DNA from: a bacterium
GTDB taxonomy: Bacteria > SZUA-182 > DTGQ01
NCBI GenBank assembly: GCA_040752695.1
Contig: JBFMGO010000001.1
Location: 103,434-144,352 of the forward strand
Reading direction: 5' to 3'
DNA length: 40,919 nucleotides
Shown piece after piece: positions 38,241 to 40,919 of this stretch (positions are counted from its first letter, which is position 1; each line of letters begins with the position of its first letter). Under the pieces are notes generated by a model. It searched no databases. It was not told where the DNA came from and worked only from the letters and a program-made list of their open reading frames with translations. Position numbers and translations under genes: made by a program.

Positions 38241-38256
38241 TGGTTAAGTATTTGCA
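38241..38256 (+). promoter_or_regulatory. Candidate sigma-54 promoter for 38695-39450
   Basis: TGGTTAAGTATTTGCA (GG-N10-GC). Confidence 0.5.
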
Positions 38257-38563
38257 TAAATCAATATGGCAGGTTGAGGGGTACTTCTCAAAAAAAGCAT
38301 CCCTCTTTTTATTCGAGGCAGGCTAAATACAGGCAGCGGGAATTACGCGGCCAGAAGTTGAATGGGGCCATTTGTCGAAAATTCCCTTTAATCCCCTTTA
38401 CGAAAAAGGGGGGATTAAACCCTCATTACCCATAGAAGGGGAGATGATGGCCAGCCGCCTGTTTCATGTGGCGGTGTACCGAGTTAGTCTGATAGGTCTG
38501 ATAACCTTAATGTATTATAAACATTAAACGTATTATAACCTTCGACCATTGACCTCTGGAGGA

Positions 38564-38605
38564 CTTTTGACACTACCGGAGATATTTTAGAAATAAAGGA
38601 GGTGC
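38564..38605 (+). repeat. Left arm of a long inverted repeat flanking 38695-39450
   Basis: CTTTTGACACTACC-GGA-GATATTT-TAGA-AATAAAGGAGGTGC, complementary to 39520-39558. Confidence 0.75.
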
Positions 38606-38694
38606 AGATAACAAGCGACTTTTACTCTTTGCTCCTAATTAATGTTCAGGTTTTAGGGACCGTTCGGGTTAATTCTCTTTTTTGAGGTAGAGAT

Positions 38695-39450
38695 ATGAAG
38701 AGGGAGTTTTTAAGTCTTTTCAAATTAGGTTTGGTTTCGATTCTTTCTGTATTGTTGATTTCGGTTATGGGTGTTAAAAATGCCCAGTGCTATTATGGTG
38801 GCCTGTATGGCCTCAGCGGGCTCTATGGTGGATTAGGCGGGCTCTATGGTGGATTATATGGTGGTCTGTATGGCGGTCTGTATGGCAGCAGCTTATATGG
38901 CGGTCTGTATGGCAGCAGCTTATATGGCGGTCTGTATGGCAGCAGCTTATATGGCGGTCTGTATGGCAGCCTGTATGGCGGTCTGACGAGCCCCTTCAGT
39001 TTGCAGAATATGTATTTTCCAATTCAAACCGGGACCGGATTGACCTATCAGGTACCATTCCTTCAGATTGCTCCTCTTCTCGGAATGGCGGGATTGTATA
39101 ACGCTCTGTTCCCAGATTTGTTTAATTCCACTACCGGTTATGGAAGAGCTTCTCAGCAGGTTATTGCTGCTCTGTATGACGCTTTGATTGCAGATCTGCT
39201 TTTAGGGCCGGTTCTCTTAGCCGATCCGGTTACTTTGGATATTTTAGCATCTGATGCTGCCCTGGCAGCGGTTGTGGCCGCAAATCCATTATGGCTGTCT
39301 TTCCACACTTGGCAGGTTTTACCTCCAACGTTGCCTACTGCTCAACCTTTATTACTTTCAAAGGTGGCGGTATCCTGCACTCAGTGTCATGCCAATGTTA
39401 ATTCCGGTACTTTATTGCCGGTCGTTCCTCTGCCGACTCAGTTGATTTAA
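38695..39450 (+). CDS. Secreted Gly/Tyr/Leu repeat protein with one C-terminal heme c motif (CTQCH)
   Basis: GAGGT RBS, signal peptide, YGGL/YGSSL repeats, CTQCH at 39376-39390, ends TQLI. Confidence 0.85.
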   Translation: MKREFLSLFKLGLVSILSVLLISVMGVKNAQCYYGGLYGLSGLYGGLGGLYGGLYGGLYGGLYGSSLYGGLYGSSLYGGLYGSSLYGGLYGSLYGGLTSPFSLQNMYFPIQTGTGLTYQVPFLQIAPLLGMAGLYNALFPDLFNSTTGYGRASQQVIAALYDALIADLLLGPVLLADPVTLDILASDAALAAVVAANPLWLSFHTWQVLPPTLPTAQPLLLSKVAVSCTQCHANVNSGTLLPVVPLPTQLI

Positions 39451-39519
39451 GTTTGAATTGGAAGAGGATGTACCGAATAATCATGTAATTATGAGGGAGA
39501 ATCATAACTGATTGATAGA

Positions 39520-39558
39520 GCACCCCTTTTATTAAATATCAAAAGGTAGTGTCAAAAG
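39520..39558 (+). repeat. Right arm of the inverted repeat
   Basis: GCACCCCTTTTATT-AAATATC-AAAA-GGTAGTGTCAAAAG. Confidence 0.75.
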
Positions 39559-39603
39559 GTTATATGCTCTTTTGTAAAAAAGAGCGAGGGGTGTTTTGCG
39601 AAG

Positions 39604-39660
39604 ACCTGGCAACCTTCATGTTGCGGTCAGCGGACCAGGGCGATTGCCAGGTTTTTTCTT
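39604..39660 (+). terminator. Probable terminator after 38695-39450
   Basis: ACCTGGCAA...TTGCCAGGT followed by a T-run. Confidence 0.6.
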
Positions 39661-39683
39661 TTCAATCTGAAAACGTGAGAAAA

Positions 39684-39721
39684 CAGTAAGATTCCTGTTT
39701 AATCAAACAGGAATCTTACTG
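39684..39721 (-). terminator. Perfect 17-bp hairpin, probable terminator of the convergent cytochrome gene
   Basis: CAGTAAGATTCCTGTTT-aatc-AAACAGGAATCTTACTG, followed by TTTT on the minus strand. Confidence 0.7.
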
Positions 39722-39944
39722 CTCCTGCATTATCGAGACATAGCCGTAACAGCTCTTTTTTCCTGAAGATCTTTTCTTCGTTTTCCTGTGTCCTCCTTGC
39801 CCACCCACCCCATAGTAATGAGGAACATAGCGGCGAGATGTATAAGATTAAGGAACATAAGGAGGGCAGCGATAGAGTAAGGGTATCGATAGAAGAGGAT
39901 AGAGATAGAGAATGTTACTCCAACTACTTACCTGGAGATCTCTA

Positions 39945-40736
39945 TCATCGGGATTCTTTTACAACCTCAAAATGTATACCTTCCAGTATTGATTCGTCCT
40001 TGTGACAACTCAAGCAATTAATTTTACCTGCTCTATGAACATTCAAGTGGCAATCAATGCATGCAAGGTTCTTTTTCTGATGGATTGGGTATAAATCCGG
40101 TATTCTGCCTTTAATTTGAAGATGCTTAGGATGACAGGATATACAATTCTGATTGCTGGTATTTTTCCCGGTATGGCATATAAAACAATTTTCTTTCATA
40201 TCGGGCATATAATTTAAGGCTCCATGGGCAACTTCTTTGTGGCAAGGCATGCATTGGTAGCGAGTACCTATTTTATTCATTATTTCAATGTGAACTTTAT
40301 GATTGAAGTGGAGAGTAGATGCTTTTGCTGATGTGGTTGCATCGACTTTCTTGATATTGTGACAGCCTTCTTTTACACAGATGATAGATGGAGTATATTC
40401 CACATGGGTATGGCCACTGATATGCCACAGCAATGGGAAGATTCCTCTCACTTTTGCGTTTATGAAATTGATGAATAAAGGTTTAACATGGCATGGGATG
40501 CAATCGTGAATGGGTTTATTGTTTTTCGTGCCTTGTGGTGAATTTAGTAATAAGCTGTTATAATATTTGTTCATCTTACGGCATTTCTCACAAAAATACT
40601 TGCTGTAGACAAATTCCATGCCTATTGCAATAATAGCCGCAATGAGACCAGTTATGATTACTCCAACGATCATTTTTATCGATAAGCTCAGCTTTTTGAG
40701 AGATGTCAGCACTTCTTTCATTTCCTCGATGTACAA
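39945..40736 (-). CDS. Membrane-anchored multiheme cytochrome c (NapC/NirT-like N-terminus plus cytochrome c3/c7-like C-terminus); start uncertain
   Basis: TM helix; six CxxCH (CIPCH, CMPCH, CFICH, CISCH, CIDCH, CLSCH), one CX4CH (CVKEGCH), a variant CEKCRKM, and FNHKVH. Confidence 0.88.
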   Translation of the reverse strand: MYIEEMKEVLTSLKKLSLSIKMIVGVIITGLIAAIIAIGMEFVYSKYFCEKCRKMNKYYNSLLLNSPQGTKNNKPIHDCIPCHVKPLFINFINAKVRGIFPLLWHISGHTHVEYTPSIICVKEGCHNIKKVDATTSAKASTLHFNHKVHIEIMNKIGTRYQCMPCHKEVAHGALNYMPDMKENCFICHTGKNTSNQNCISCHPKHLQIKGRIPDLYPIHQKKNLACIDCHLNVHRAGKINCLSCHKDESILEGIHFEVVKESR

Positions 40737-40919
40737 GTCAAATTGTGGTTCCCCGGCCTGGTTGTCGCTCTGGCAGACGAACGCACCATGAGGCCAATAT
40801 TTATAAATTATATATCAGTGAGTAAAATATGTCCAACTATTACCTGTTCTTATGGCACTGCCGAGACGAGAAGCTGGAGATAATCGATAGAGACAAGCGA
40901 TAGACGTGAGAAAGAAGGG

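Noticed and set aside
38384..38416. CCCTTTAATCCCCTTTACGAAAAAGGGGGGATT hairpin as a riboswitch or terminator
   Set aside because: Looks like a remnant of a common C/G-run palindromic repeat; no aptamer motif recognised.

Overview
Bacterial window, probably from an anaerobic, selenocysteine-using, cytochrome-rich organism (inferred from gene content; the taxon cannot be determined). No rRNA, tRNA, CRISPR or transposase was recognised. Housekeeping genes: a UbiA-family phosphoribosyltransferase, an NtrC-type activator with its histidine kinase, a DciA/DUF721 protein, a NamZ-MurU-AmgK-like peptidoglycan salvage operon, DUF3108, hflX, a membrane metal-dependent hydrolase, a beta-propeller protein, two APC-superfamily transporters and a sulfatase-fold/TPR protein. 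Three multiheme cytochrome genes are present: two NapC/NirT-like ones at the window ends and a 1320-aa secreted 15-heme protein. Two genes are mis-called by the ORF track: a UGA-recoded DUF1573/thioredoxin-fold selenoprotein with a SECIS-like hairpin (9996-8455), and hflX, which appears to start at AUU (16697). The most novel signal is a dispersed set of six secreted, almost uncharged low-complexity proteins (Pro/Thr-, Thr/Leu- and Gly/Tyr-rich, one with a heme c motif). Their loci lie behind sigma-54 -24/-12 boxes, and two of the loci share a candidate enhancer (GTCWWTWTTTACTAC). Most end in an aliphatic (I/L)I tail, two share an RxAH motif, and four leaders carry an orphan GGAGGTG. In one case the 5' and 3' UTRs form an approximately 35-bp RNA stem enclosing the whole CDS. 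All functional interpretations are inferences that need database and experimental checks.
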